Shown in pieces: positions 10,900 through 24,853 of a stretch of 64,000 nt of DNA. Position 1 is the first letter of the stretch; each line of letters opens with the position of its first letter. The notes under the pieces were generated by a model, which was not told the DNA's origin, searched no databases, and saw only the letters and a list, made by a program, of their open reading frames with translations. Position numbers and translations under genes: made by a program. This DNA comes from Azolla caroliniana (lineage: Eukaryota; Plantae; Polypodiophyta), in assembly GCA_043228905.1 (NCBI GenBank), contig JBHGNT010000002.1:21266001-21330000 (forward strand), given 5' to 3'.

Positions 10900-13800
10900 A
10901 ATCAATTTCCTCCACGTCCTCATTGAATTTGCTCACTTTTGTGGCTCCCGCCGTACTATCTTCATTGTTGAGGTCATTGAGGTTAAGACCCTCATCTTAT
11001 CTTTTCTTGAATATCTTTACTCTTTTCCCCGCAATGGGTATGGCTAGCCTTGATCTATCTAGCTCCGCAAGGTGGTAGGTGGCGTTGTTGTTGGCACTCA
11101 TCACCACATACTGTCTGAACCACCTTCATGTGAACTTCCTTGTTGGCCTGTGTTGGTTGTCAAGGTTATTGTCGTAGACCAATACCCAATCTCCTTCTTC
11201 AATCTTCTTCGGATGCAGTCAGTGTGTCTTATCAAGTCGAATCTTATGCTTCACTCGGGTTGTCTCCATTATCTTTCGCACGTTCTCTAGATCTTCGGGT
11301 CTTCTTTCAAGCTGCCTTATCCGTGCCGCCAATAATTCATCCCGGCTCATCTCATTCTCCCATGGTATTGCTACCCATGAGGCGATCGTCCTCTCGATGA
11401 GCATTATTGGTTTCTGTCCATACATAAGCTCTGTTGGCATATAGCCTGTCACAGAACTGTGCGAAGTTCTATCGGCCCACAATGCATAGGGCAATAATCG
11501 CGGCCAATTCCTAACTCGACCATCGCATGGTTGTACGATGGCTTTACCTATCGGCCCATGCCCTCGTTCGATCTTCCCATTTACTTCCGGATTATAGGCA
11601 GTTGTGAGGCAGAGCTTTACGCCTAGTCGCTCGAAGAGCTCCATTGCTTCGTGCGCATCTAACTCCCCTCGGTTGGCCACAAATAGAATAGAATAAATGA
11701 ACCTACCCACAAATTCTTCTGCAAACTCATCGATACTTGAACCGATATTGGCATTGTGGATCGTAACTTTATTCGCTGGTTGAAGATCTTGTACGAACCT
11801 TAAGGTTCCATTCTTCTTTGGTACCGTGAACCACCTATTCGAGTAAGGAGCATTCGATGGCTCCAGAATTCCCATCTCGACCCTCTCTTTCAAGAGCTTG
11901 ATTAATTTTGGAATGTGCACTCTTGGGACTGGTATCGGCTTCAGGTTCCACGACACATTTGGTATTGTGAATCTCATCATTGGTTTTATCATCCTTGGAT
12001 CGGCGCATCCTATTTCATTTGGATGGAATGCAAATGCTTTCCCATGTCTTTCGAGCATTTCCCGAAATGTGACTTCCTCTTCTAGCAATAGAAATTCATC
12101 TTTCCCGACAATAAGCTTTTCTCTTGTCTCTTTAGTGAAGGCATTTCTGATTCTTCTCAGATCCCGTAGGCTTAGATCTTGTGCAACTTCATTCATCCTT
12201 TGACAACAGTCCTCAGGTTGTGGAATAGCAACAAGCTTTATTTTCTTGTCCACTGTTTTGTATTTCATATTACCTTCAACATTCTCTGCCATGATACTTC
12301 GATTATACTCGTCGATGGCAACATACATCTCGATGGAGTTTATCTGATTTGATCGCTAGCTACGAGGGTCCAAGTTCACGACATTCTCCATTCGGCCAAT
12401 GGTGTCGTTAAATGAGGCTTCCTCCATAACCCATTCGATGCTTTCATCGCTTTCCAATATTTGTTCTTCTCTTAAAGCTTGCTCGAAGCTTTGCATGCGA
12501 GACTTCTCTTCTTTGTCAAACATGCTGATTTTGCACACTCCATTACGGGCTATGTACAACCCTCCTTTTGCAAATTCGAACTTTTCTTTCTTCTTCGGGC
12601 ATACGCTTATTTGGACTATTCACGCTCTGCTTGCAAATAGCCCAACCTAAACATCCGAAGCACCTTCTCCGAGACTATGCCGATTCCTTTCGTGATTGGC
12701 ACGTATAGTGAAGAACTGGACGGCTTTCTTCCCATCAAGACTCCTTACTCGAGCAAATACCGTACCATTGTCGAATACTTTGGTTTCCATACAGGATGAT
12801 GTTATGTAGAATTTCCCAAGAATGATAGGATGGGATGCTGAATCTTGAACAAAAAAATGTTGATCTATCTCCACATCGCCAATCATGGTGGGGTTATTAA
12901 GACATGCACCATACAGGTCTTCCGTAGCTTTTGTTGGCGCATGGAGCTTCCACCCATGATTCGTATTTATGGACCACCTTCCCTTTTTGTAGACCTTAGT
13001 CGACATAAGATTGATCTCGGACCCATGGTCTATTAAAGCTATGACTGTCTCTTTTCTCTCTCCCAACTTTACTGACGTTTCCGTCGTCGCTCGTGCTCAA
13101 TGAGGCCGAGTATAATGGTTGTCCACCATATCTTCATTGACTTCGTCCCTTGCCATCGTTATGGCATTTGCTTTTGCTTTTTATGGCTTCTCTTCTTCCC
13201 CATCTGACTTTTGCCTTTTTATCTTTACGAGGTCCACAATCGTACCATGGAATTCCTTCTTCGTAATGCCGAGCAATTCCCTCAAGGACAAGGTCACGTG
13301 GCTATCAAGAACACGTTCCTTGAGAATTTTCTTCAGATCTGTCATTTGTTCTATGTCTGACCTTAGGTTATAGGTATGCATAGTTCTTGCCTTCTGAGCG
13401 AAGTCTTCGACGTCAACCCTCATGGGCCGACCCGTTTCTTTGACTCGTTTGCTCGTCTCCCCTTTCCGGCTTGAGTCTCCATCTTCCGTTCGTAAAGCTC
13501 GACTTGTCTCCGCATCTTCTTTCTTTTTTGCGCTCCTTGTGTCATGTCTTTTTTATGGGTTGTCTTGCTTTTCCATTCTTTTTCTCTTTTCATCCATGAG
13601 CACCTCGTGGTTGTGGCACATCACTTCTGCGAGTATGGTGTATCCAATTATACTTTGCACACTTTGGTCCGCAAGCTATAAATCGTCCGAAGTAACTTTG
13701 CCCTTTTTCTTACACTCTAGAACAGAAGACCAAAGCATAGTGCATCGCATCCACATGAGTTGCCTCGGTATCTTCCCCCATAACTTTCTTCATTCCCGCT

Positions 13801-14719
13801 CTTCCGAAATTCACCCACGGGGGTCTTCTGGTTTCATTCGAGTAGATCATGTTGCCATCCATGTATAGGATATTTTATCGAATGGCTTCTCGAAGGCTCG
13901 AACAGTCCCTTCTCATGTGGTCCATGTTGTCGCACCACACACATCTAAAGGGTTCTTTTCCTTTCGAGCCCTGACAATTCATGTTCGCTAGTGTGACCAT
14001 TCTCCAGTTCTTCAATGAAGTCATCATCAATCTTCTTTTCTTCCAGGTTGCTTTGTTTAGGCGGCTCAGTCACCTTCGGTTGTCTTGTTTTTTCCACGCT
14101 CAATCCTGCCAAGTCACTGTCATGCACCCATTGACGACACTTGTCGAGCCTGTTGCATGCTAGCTTCACGGCAATCCAGTCTGCCACAAGCCCCTTTGCT
14201 TGGGTATCATCTTTGCGGAGAGTCCCGAATTCTTGTCTATCCTTCATATCCACAACTTTCAAGAAGTAAAAGGTCTTGTCCTCCTCAAGCAACACTTAGT
14301 TCATGGCAGGGAGACGATTAAACATGTCGGGTCATCCTTAACAAATATTCTATCGCGAACTCCGCTAATATTTCTTTCTCGAACTCGGACCATGTTGTCT
14401 TCCCTTCTTGAAGCTCGATGACCCGCCTTTGGACGTTGTTGGCGACAACTCTCTTGAAACTTGAGATTTGACATGCTTCAGACACGTCCCTTTGATTCAT
14501 CTCCCTTTTGTATAAATCCAAGAACTTTGTAATGTTCCTTCCATAAAATTGACCCTCGATCTCCACAACACGATCCACAATCTTCTCCACGCTTGCATCG
14601 TTGTCCCGAGATCTCATCATTTGCTGAATGATTACCATCATCCTTTCGAACTCTCCCAGTTGATTGCTTGATGATGCCATCTCCAAGTATCGGTCGATCC
14701 TCGTCTTGATCCTTCCCAC
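10900..14719 (-). pseudogene. pol: Gag-pol remnants of B; RT N-terminus fused in frame to the integrase core near 11680
   Basis: Gag GQFYGRNITKFLDLYK; protease IDHGSEINLM; RT WNLKPIPVP, SNRWFTVPKKNG; integrase TTAYNPEVNGKIERGH. Confidence 0.88.
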
Positions 14720-14726
14720 CGCTTCT

Positions 14727-14743
14727 TCACGTCGGGTTCACTA
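14727..14743 (-). promoter_or_regulatory. PBS complementary to tRNA-Trp
   Basis: The plus strand reads TCACGTCGGGTTCACTA, against the plant tRNA-Trp 3' end TCACGTCGGGTTCACCA (from recall). Confidence 0.8.
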
Positions 14744-15109
14744 ATAAAGATGTCGAATAAATCCTCGCGTGTTTGTGAAATGAAGCGGGACCACCAGGGT
14801 CTTGAACCAGAAGGATTCGAAGTTTGTACTAGCTTTAGCAAGAAAGTATTTAAGATATATTGAGAGAGATTGAGAGACGGAGATTTTAATTATGAGATAG
14901 ATTGAGAGAGAGAGAGATTGAGATAGAGATTGATTCCTTGATTTCAATTTTTAGAGACAAGATACATCACCAATAAGATAACTAGATCTTTTATTAGAAG
15001 TTTCTTCCTTCAATACATAGCTTACCCCCCACACAAGCCCAACTAGAGGCTTTTATAAGTCTCTCCATGGGCTAAAACCACGGGTTAAACCATTTGCTAA
15101 AACCATGGG

Positions 15110-15625
15110 TAACAATCGGCAACGGTTCGGTTCGGTTTGGTTTGGTTTGAGAGAGTCCAATCCGTTTAAAATTTTTTAAACTTGAACCAAACCGAACCGT
15201 TAACCATTTTTCAAACCATTAAACGATTAAACCGTAAAAACCGCGGTTTCGTGGTTCGGTTTTGGTTTTCAACATAGGCCAAATTTTTAATTTTTAATTT
15301 TTAATTTTTTAAAATTTATAATATTTCCTTTTTTAAAATTTAAAATTTTTTTAAGACGTTCCTAAAATGTGAGAATAAGGTCTAAAAACGAAAAGATTGT
15401 TTAAAAACAATTTTTAAAATTTTTTAGAATTTTTCTAAAAAAATAAAATAAAAAAATAACCGTTAAACCGTTTAAACTGCGGTTTTTAATTGCTGACACC
15501 AAACCGAAACCGAACCGGACTGTTTAAAAAACCCAAAACCTGAACCGAACCATTGAATTCGTGAAGCCGTTAAACCGCGGTTTCGCAGTTCGGTTCGGTT
15601 CAAACCGAACCGTTGCCGATTGTTA
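15110..15625. mobile_element. Non-autonomous hAT DNA transposon (MITE), about 516 bp
   Basis: Perfect 23-bp TIR TAACAATCGGCAACGGTTCGGTT; 8-bp TSD ACCATGGG at 15102-15109 and 15626-15633; many AACCG/CGGTT subterminal motifs. Confidence 0.93.
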
Positions 15626-15720
15626 ACCATGGGCTAAAGCCATGGTTTTGTGCAAATGGTTTTTATATGTTTGTTTCCTATGGAATACTAAATAGGAAAA
15701 GAAAATATACAAAATCAAAA

Positions 15721-15796
15721 GCAGTTAGTAGTAGCTTTAGTGGTAAGTCAATTTGTCTACTACCTTGGAGGTCTAGGGTTCAAACCTTGCTTGCAC
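15721..15796 (+). other. tRNA-like A-box/B-box cassette in the 5' LTR of B
   Basis: TAGCTTTAGTGG (15732) and GGTTCAAACC (15777); similar to 48989-49064. Confidence 0.55.
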
Positions 15797-15802
15797 CCCT
15801 TT

Positions 15803-17071
15803 TGTTGGGAAATCGATCCCTCTGGATGGGATCCGGTGATGAATAAAGAGGACTCGGTGACAACCGGAAGAGAAGATATATCTGTAAATATGTTTTCTCT
15901 TGTAAGCCTATTGAGGCTATATTTGTAAATAACCCTAAGTTCATATAAGCATAAATATGACTTAGGGCAATCACTTTGTAAGGTTGTTGATATTGTTGTA
16001 GGTGTATAACTATTGTACAAAGAGTGACAGAGAGAGAGAGTGAGAGAGAGTGTGAGATACAAAGAAATACTTTGTTGTAACCGCCGGTTGGCTAAGAAAC
16101 AGAGCTTGAGGTCGTTGCTTCCGAGTCTCTGATTGTACCCTCTTTTTTCTTCATAGTGATAGTTGGAGTCTGTGGGCTCCCCTGGTTTTTCCCATTCAGG
16201 GTTCATGAGCAATCTCGACAAAGAGCATTGGAATGCGGTCAAGTGGATACTCCAGTACCTAAAAGGCATTACGAGTATGTGTCTCCGGTTCGACTCCGGT
16301 AATCCCCAACTTGACGGATTCACTGATTCGGATATGTCGAGTGATCCGGATACCAGGCGGTCTACATCCGGATATGTCATGACCTATGCAGGGGGAGTTG
16401 TTTCTTGGCAACCGAGGCTGCAGAAGACGGTTGCATTGTCAACCACGGAGGCAGAGTACATGGTAGTTGTAGAAGCCGGCAAGGAGATAATCTGGATGAA
16501 GGAGTTCATCGGAGAGCTAGGGATCCAACAGGAGGAATACCGGCTCTACTGCGACATTCACCTTGCGAAGAACGCAGCCTACCATTCTCGGACGAAACAT
16601 ATCCAACGGAGGTACCACTGGATCCGGGAGAGAGTAGAAGATCAAGAGTTCATGCTGATGAAGATCCACACAGAGGAGAACGGGTCGGATATGCTGACCA
16701 AGGTGTTGACAATCGACAAGTTGGACGCGTGCCGAAGGCGGATCGGGCTGACAAGACATCCCATGCCAGAGTGAAGGGGGTGATTGTTGGGAAATCGGTC
16801 CCTCCGGATGAGATTCGGTGATGAATAAAGAGGATCTGGTGAGAACCGGAAGAGAGTCGGTGAGAACCGGAAGAGAGTCGGTGAGAACCGGAAGAGAAGA
16901 CATATCTGTAAATATGTTTTCTCTTGTAAGCCTATTGAGGCTCCCGTGGTTTTTCCCATTCAGGGTTTTCCACGTAAACATCTTGTGTCATTTCTGTGTA
17001 CTCTCTTGTTCTTTCCATTTTTGTGATTCAAGACTCGGTTGTGGCCGAGCAATATTCCGCGATTCTTTTCG
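15803..17071 (+). mobile_element. Element D1: 1.27-kb deletion derivative of a Tork-like copia
   Basis: TSD CCTTT on both sides; truncated 5' LTR 15803-16203 fused to RNase H (WQPRLQKTVALSTTEAEY); PPT; 3' LTR 16785-17071 with a 21-bp triple repeat at 16838-16898. Confidence 0.9.
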
Positions 17072-19380
17072 CCTTTGTATGCACTCAAATGTTACCAGGC
17101 TTTAGTCTTATTTTTATATTTACAAATGTTTGAGCACACATCACACATGCACATGTTTAACCTTACATCTAGCCTTCCTTTTACGATTCTCCTTTCAGTC
17201 CTATTTACAACATGCTAGCATACGCGTGTGACCATCACCCCTTTTACACGTGCACATTGCACCTTCTCGATTTTGCCCGTTCCACACGATTTTCACATCA
17301 TTGCTAAAAAAATTCACGACAACACATAGTTCAAGTGGAGCTGGTATGCATGTTTTAATAAATGTTGGACTAAAGTGATTATATATTGATTGCTTTGTGG
17401 CAAGAATGCGGGCATAATTAATGTTTATAAGCTCTAGGAAATTGTCAAGGACCTAATTGAAATTTGGACGCAATAGTCTTGAAAAAACATTCCTTGATCA
17501 TCAACATTTTTCACAAAATCATGAGTAAGCATGCTAATTTGATCCTTGTGAATTAAATATCATGCTTACCATGAGCAATGAGAACATTACAATTTTTGGT
17601 CTATATAAAAAAAATCAAGCATGAATATTTATCTACATGATTGAGTTTACCATGTTATATATGTTTTTATTTGCTTCGCTTCAAGCTTCAACAATGAACA
17701 TGGAAACATTAATTCATTTTCTTGTTTTTTTAAATTTTAAAATGTTGAGTGATTAGTAAAGTAAAGACGTGTGACACAATTAGTGGATGAAGTAAAGAAC
17801 TCAACATTTATAAAGTAACTCAAAATCCACATTGTTTATTTTTGGTCATATTTTTTGTCTCATAGGTCATATTCGACCTCCAAAGACGAAAATATAATCA
17901 ATCTATCTATCTATCTATCTCTATTTAGAAGGAAGAATTGCATTAATGTCTCCAAACATGGAAGAGGCCAATGTTGATAAAATTTTGGGAGAAAAGAGAC
18001 ATAAAATTATATATGTCTAAAATATATCCGAATACTAAAAGAGACAATTGTTTTCTTGTGTCAATAGAAATAAAAAAGCATTGAAAGCTTTTGAGTATTT
18101 TTGTCGACTTGTCGGTAAATGCTTTTGACAATTGTTCATTTCAAAAATCAATTTCGAAAATATTATAAGCATAGAGACCATTGAAGTACAATTTTATCGT
18201 ATTTTCTTTGACCATCCTAATTTTTCCTCTTTCTTGACACCATATAAATTTCCATTCAAATCATGAACAAAAATTTGAAATCAATATTTGGCCTTTTAAT
18301 CATTTGGAATATTCTCTTAACTAGTTGGAAAAGGAATTCCATTAAGAAACTCTTGGAGTTGACTTTGAGAAAAATGTCATGATTTATAAGTCTTGCCTCA
18401 TACCCCATAACTCCAAATTAAGTGATCATTAGTTTTTGGTGTTCCCAACTTCCCACACTAATCTATTAGGTGATATGATGGCATACTTCATAACATTTCC
18501 AAAATATTTAGCTACCCTCTACACACAAGCACATTTATGACATGACATTTCTTTTAAAGCCCTGTCTATTTAGAGTCTAGATTTTTGCAATGCTAAAATT
18601 GAATGGTAATAATACAAAGACTTACAAATAGGACACAATAGAAAAATGAGTGGATTCGCAATGATGTAGTCAAGTTTCTGGATATGAGCTCGTTGCTTAT
18701 CCTATAAACCTTGCTAAAAAAATCATTTTAATCATTGTGTAGTTTCCCCAATCCATATATTGAGCTCTTTTATTGTTAAGAATTAGGTAATTAATTACGT
18801 ATTAATTAGTACCTCATTATGTGATTAAGGAGCGAAAGATTATGTGATGTGTGTGTATGTATGTGACAGTGTGATAGAAAGAGAGAAAGAACACTTATGA
18901 ACAATGAGACAAGATGGGGGATGATTAACTATATTTAAAAAGTATCATCAAATACAAAAGTACCCACAATGAGGTATATATACATCTCACTTGCAAAGGT
19001 GCACATGTGTGAGTAAAATATAGGTACAAAGGTATAAGTTCTATATTAAATGATCATGGGAGTGGAGGATCTACAATGTATCCCATTGAAGTGCAAAATC
19101 CTATTTAAGGCTTTAAGGTCAACACACTAACTAGATTCTAAGTGACTACTAAATTACATGTGTTGACTAACTAACTAAATCTAGTTGAGCTTGATATCTC
19201 AACACACCCCCTCAAGCTCAAGTGTAAGGCGTCCAACGTCTACTTTAGCTTTCGTTGGCTTCATCAGCTTCCGTCCGGCCTTCAGCTTTTTGAGGCAGTC
19301 TCGGTTCCTCCCCCTCAAGCCGATGACGAACGCTTGTAGTGTGAAATGGTTGATGTCGAGTGCTTGCACCCATTGTGGGT

Positions 19381-22300
19381 TGTTGAGAATCAAGCTCAAC
19401 TTGGTGTAGTGTGTGAACTCACCTTGAGAGTGAATAGACACTCCAACGGTCAAGAGTCACCATTAAGTCACCACTTTGTATTCTAGCATTTAGTATGAGT
19501 CATAGAATCATACTCTATGACACATAACTTATGAGCTTTCACATTCCCCATGCTCCATGAGCCTTGTAATTAATGAAGAGAGAGGGTGACTATATAAAGC
19601 ACCCTCCTCCCACCTTGTATTGTGTTGAGTCTTTCTCCTTTGTTAATATACTTTTACCTTGCGTATTTTCTGTGTCTTATTCCTTGTCTCTCTCACTCTC
19701 TCTCACTCTCTCTCTCGTACACACACATAACTCATATCTCTTCCGCTTCACAAGAATCATATCCGATTTTTTACATGGTATCAGAGAGATTTGGTAGCTC
19801 GATCTAGCCCATTCGTCTCATTGTGATCGTGTGTTGTTCTCCACGCCGACGACCAAGAACTGGCTCATCGCTATCGTAGCTTCGCTACATAGCTCGCATT
19901 CGAAGAGAGAAGAAGAAGAAGAAGAATCAACATAATGAATACTCAAATGGGGAGCGATCTCCCTACCAAGAAGTTGGATCGAAACAACTTCACATCTTCG
20001 GAGTACAAGATGCACCAATACCTTGTTGGACAAGGCTATTGGAGCTACATCGAAGGAGCGCATGAAGACCGACCCGCCGAAGCAGCTCCCAGATACGCGA
20101 CATGGGAGCAAGCTGCAAGCCGCATGATGTATTGCTTGGCGACATGTGTTCACGATCACATGCTCGGCTACATTGGCGAAGCCAAGACGCCGAAGGAGGC
20201 ATGGAAAATCTACAAACGATTTTTGCGGCAAACACAACCGCAAGACGGCTTCAACTCCGCCAAGAGTTGAACAGCATTCAACAAAGGGACATGTCCATTA
20301 TGACATACACCTCGAAGATCAAGGAGCTTTGCGATTCGCTCGGCTCAATAAGCGTAAATATCGATGATGATGAGATGGTTCAAATATGCTTCGGCGGCCT
20401 CGCACAATGGTTCGACGCGATGCGAACCGCCGTTCTAACACGGGAGAAATCTCCCTCCTTCTTCGAGCTCCAATCAATGCTATTGGTAGAAGAAAACCAC
20501 GTGCGTACAAGGAGCAATGAGTCGGAAAGCCACATGCTCTACACGAACTCGAACAGAGGAACAGGACGCGGATGGTCGAGAGGCCGATTCGGCCAAGGAC
20601 AAGGCGGACGAGGTCCGACCTACGATAACAACTCCCAATTTCGGCCGTAAAACGGAAGCCAACGAGGAACCTTCGCAAGAAGGGGGAGCTTCCAATCCGG
20701 CCCGAACCATCAAAACGCAACCGAATGCGGATATTGCGGAAAGCTCGGCCACCACGAAGAAGAGTGCCGAAAGAAGATGCGTGAATCGGCTTCCACAAGC
20801 CTACAACTCACGAATTACACGCACAACTCCGACTATGAAGATCATGACGGAATGTATGCACACAACTCCGACTACAAAGATTGTGGCGGAATGTATGCAC
20901 ATAACTCAGACTGTGGCGGAATGTTCATGATGAAACATAGAGCAAACTCCATGTCGGCCTCTACCTCAACTAGTGCCTCTAGTCTGGAAGACGTATGGTT
21001 CGTCGATTATGGTGCCTCGAACCATATGACATCGCATCAAGAATGGTTCCGAAAACTTCGAGAGCCAGACCAACCTGACTATGTCGAAACCGGAGACGAC
21101 ACTACGCACCCGATTTGACACATCGGCAATGTTCCTTTCGGAAAAGAAGGTAAGAAAAATTACATTAAAAATGTCTTGCATGTACCGACCATTACGAAGA
21201 ATTTGGTCTCCATCGGCCAAATTGTAGAGCAAGGGATGCAAGTTCGATTTAATCAAGACGATTGCTTCATCGAAAAAGAGGGCTGACTCATCGCACGCGG
21301 ATGAAGAGAGGGCCGAATGTTTATTCTCGACTCACACGAGATGAAATTGGCCATGTTCGCAAAGGGCATGAAAGCTGACTCCGACATAGAGTTATGGCAC
21401 AAGTAGATTGGCCATATAAATCTCCAAAAACTCAAAGCAATGAAATTGAAAGGAGTCGTCATCGGACTCCCAACATTCAAAGAGAAGGAAATTGAAGGTG
21501 TATGCAAAGCGTGCCAATTCGGCAAGCAACACCGACACCCATTCCCGAAAGAGCGGAACGTGAGCAAAGGTCTACTTGACGTAGTCCATTCCGATGTATG
21601 GGGACCGGCGTAGACGGCTACATTTGGTGGATGCCAATATTACGTGCTCTTCATCGACGACTTTTCTAGGCACACTTGGATCTACCCGATGCGGAAAAAG
21701 AGCGAAGTGTTCGAACACTTCCAAAATTTCAAGTATGAAGTCGAGAAAGCCACGGGCCTACATGTACGATGCCTTCGATCGGATGGCGGCAAGGAGTACT
21801 TCTCGGACGATTTCACGGCGTATCTCCGAAAGGAAGGAATTTGGCGAGAATTCAGTTGCCGACACACTCCGCAACAAAACGGGGTAGCCAAGCGCAAAAA
21901 TCGGCACATCCTCGAAGTAGCGCGGGCCATGATGAACGAGAAGCATATGCCCAAGTCATATTGCGCTGAAGCTGCAAATACGGCCGTCTACCTAATGAAC
22001 CAGTGCACAACATCCGGCGTGCACGAGGTCACTCCACACGAAAAATACTTCAGAAAGAAGCCGGACTTATCGCACACCCAGATATTCGGCGTGATAGCGT
22101 ACGTGCACATCCCTGACGAGAAGCGTCAAAAGCTTGACCCGAAGTCGGAGAAATGTATCCTCGTAGGATACTCACTGGAGCAAAAAGGGTACAAGTGCTA
22201 CAACCCCTCAACTCGAAAATCTCGCGTAAGTCGAGACGTCATTTTCGACGAGTCCGCATCCTGGTACGCACCAGAGACAACCCTGACTCCGCTCGACCCG

Positions 22301-24848
22301 GAATGCGTCGAACAAGAGATAAACGATGAAGATCGCCCTATGCGCATGTTCGAAGAATGTGCGATCACGACCCGACTGAGCGGACCACAAGAGCCTTTGA
22401 GCAATCAAAGCATATCACGGCCTAGCCCGAAGATGGACAAAGGCAAGGCGAAAATGGCGGAATACGCAGACGATCGCTTCGACGACGATGAGTCGACTCA
22501 CTCACTCGAAAGTGAGTTAGGCGGCTTCGATGTACCAATCAGAGCTAAGAAAGCCCTCATCTCTGCAAATGAAAAGCTTCATCGATCCACTCGTGAAAAG
22601 AACCCTGTAAACCGATTCGACTACAATGATGAAGGTAGCGACAATACGGGAGCCGGAAACCTTCTCCGAAGCTACAAAGGACCCGCGATGGATCGAAGCA
22701 ATGAACGAGGAGATGCAGGCACTACGGAAGAACGAGACGTCGGATCTTGTTCCCATCTCACTACACAAAAAGGAAATCGGATGCAGATGGATTTACAAAG
22801 TGAAGTACAACGCCGACGGTTCCGTCAATCGCTACAAAGCGCGACTCGTAGCGAAAGGCTACGCCCAAACACACAGAGTTGACTACGAGGAGACCTTTGC
22901 CCCGGTGGCAAAGATGACGACGGTACGGACAGTAATTGCGCTGGCCGCAGCGAAAGGGTGGCACCTCCATCAAATGGACGTCAAGAACGCCTTTCTACAA
23001 GGCGAATTAGAAGAGGAGGTGTACATGATACAACCACCCGGCTTCAACTCGAGCACCCATCCGAAAGTTGTATGCTGACTCAAGAAGGCACTCTATGGCC
23101 TCAAGCAAGCACTGCGTGCTTGGCATTCGAAGATAACACAATATCTTCATCAAATCGGCTTCCGTATGTCAAAATCGGACAACTCCCTCTACATACGAAG
23201 CGATTCCGCCAGTACGATCGTCATCATCTTATATGTGGATGACCTAGTCATTGGAGGTGAGCATCTCGTCGAAATCAATAAGGTCAAATCCCTCCTTTCC
23301 GACATGTTCAAGATGACGGACATGAAGGAACTCCACTACTTCCTCGGCATCGAAGTAATTCGGACTCTGGCCGGAATCATGATTTCTCAACGACACTACA
23401 TCCTTAACTTGTTATACAAGTTCGGTATGGCTAAGTGCAAATCCATGGCAACCCCGCTCGATCGTAATCTCAAACTAGATGCAAACTATGGCACCAAAGC
23501 ATGTGAGCCGACTCAGTATCGGCAACTCATCGGGAGTCTCATCTACCTCACGATCACTTGACCCGATCTCAGTTATCCGGTCGGTCCCCTTAGTCAATTC
23601 ATGCAAACACCGCATGATACTCACTTGGCTTGTGCTCAGCGAGTTCTACGATACGTAAGCGGCACAATGGATTGTGGCATCCTCTACAAGACCTCGATGC
23701 CAATACAACTCGAGGGGTACACAAATGTCGATCGGGCCGGCTACAAAGACGATAGAAGGTCAACCTCCAGATTTGTTTTCTCCCTCGGCAGCGGAGCAAT
23801 ATCCTGGAGTAGCAAGAAGCAACCGACCGTTGCTCTTTCCAGTACGGAGGCGGAATATAGGGGCGCAGTCGTAGCTGCGTGTGAAGCCGTATGGCTCAAG
23901 AGGATTTTGAAGGATCTGGGCGTACCCATCAAGGATCCGACCTCCCTTTACTGCGACAACATGAGTAGTATCTATTTGGCTCGGAACCCGGTGTTCCACG
24001 CGTAGACAAAGCACATCGAAGTGCATTATCACTTCATCCAAGAGCGCATTCTAGCTGGTGATGTCGACCTACAACACATTAGCACCAATCTTCAAATGGT
24101 CGACATCTTCACTAAAGCTTTAGGAGCCGACAAGCTATGGCAATTCATGAACGATCTCGGATTTACGATGCCTGACCTACCAAGCTTGAGGGGGAGTACT
24201 GAAGACATTACTCAATAATGCGTGGATTACGCAACCGCGCAACGAAGCCGCAAGGGGCCGATCTACCGCGCAAAGCCACGAAGAAAGACGCAAGCCAAGC
24301 ACAGACTTTGCAACTATGCACAACACAAGCTGGAGCACAGATTCCGCAAACTTCGCATAAAGCAAGTCGACACGAGTTGATGCGGACTTCGGAACACGAG
24401 TCGAAGCGGATTTCAGATACCATCTGAAACCGACCTAACTTGAGCTTGAGGGGGCGTATTGAGAATCAAGCTCAACTTGGTGTAGTGTGTGAACTCACCT
24501 TGAGAGTGAATAGACACTCCAACGGTCAAGAGTCACCATTACGTCACCACTTTGTATTCTAGCATTTATTATGAGTCATAGAATCATATTCTATGACACA
24601 TAACTTATGGGCTTTCACATTCCCCATGCTCCATGAGCCTTGTAGTTAATGAAGAGAGAGGGTGACTATATAAAGCATCCTCCCACCTTGTATTGTGTTG
24701 AGTCTTTCTCCTTTGTTAATATACTTTTACCTTGCATATTCTCTGTTTCTTATTCCTTGTCTCTCTCACTCTTTCTCACTCTCTCTCTCATACACACACA
24801 TAACTCATATCTCTTCCGCTTCACAAGAATCATATCCGATTTTTTACA
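19381..24848 (+). mobile_element. Element E1: near full-length Ty1/copia
   Basis: LTRs 19381-19775 and 24457-24848; TSD TGGGT; PBS TGGTATCAGAG at 19776; PPT before 24457. Confidence 0.95.
19935..24218 (+). pseudogene. pol: Gag-pol of E1 with multiple stops and frameshifts
   Basis: KLDRNNF gag, CGYCGKLGH knuckle, WFVDYGASNHM protease, FIDDFSR integrase, LYVDD RT, SSTEAEY RNase H. Confidence 0.93.
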
Positions 24849-24853
24849 TGGGT

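Larger units (their letters stand above)
10159..17321 (-). mobile_element. Element B: tRNA-Trp-primed Ty3/gypsy, deleted and probably chimeric
   Basis: On the minus strand LTRs begin TGTCGTGAA at 10842 (after a G-rich PPT) and at 17321; the 5' LTR ends at 14751; Trp PBS at 14727-14743; gag-PR-RT-INT remnants. The left boundary is uncertain and may extend to 7434. Confidence 0.8.
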
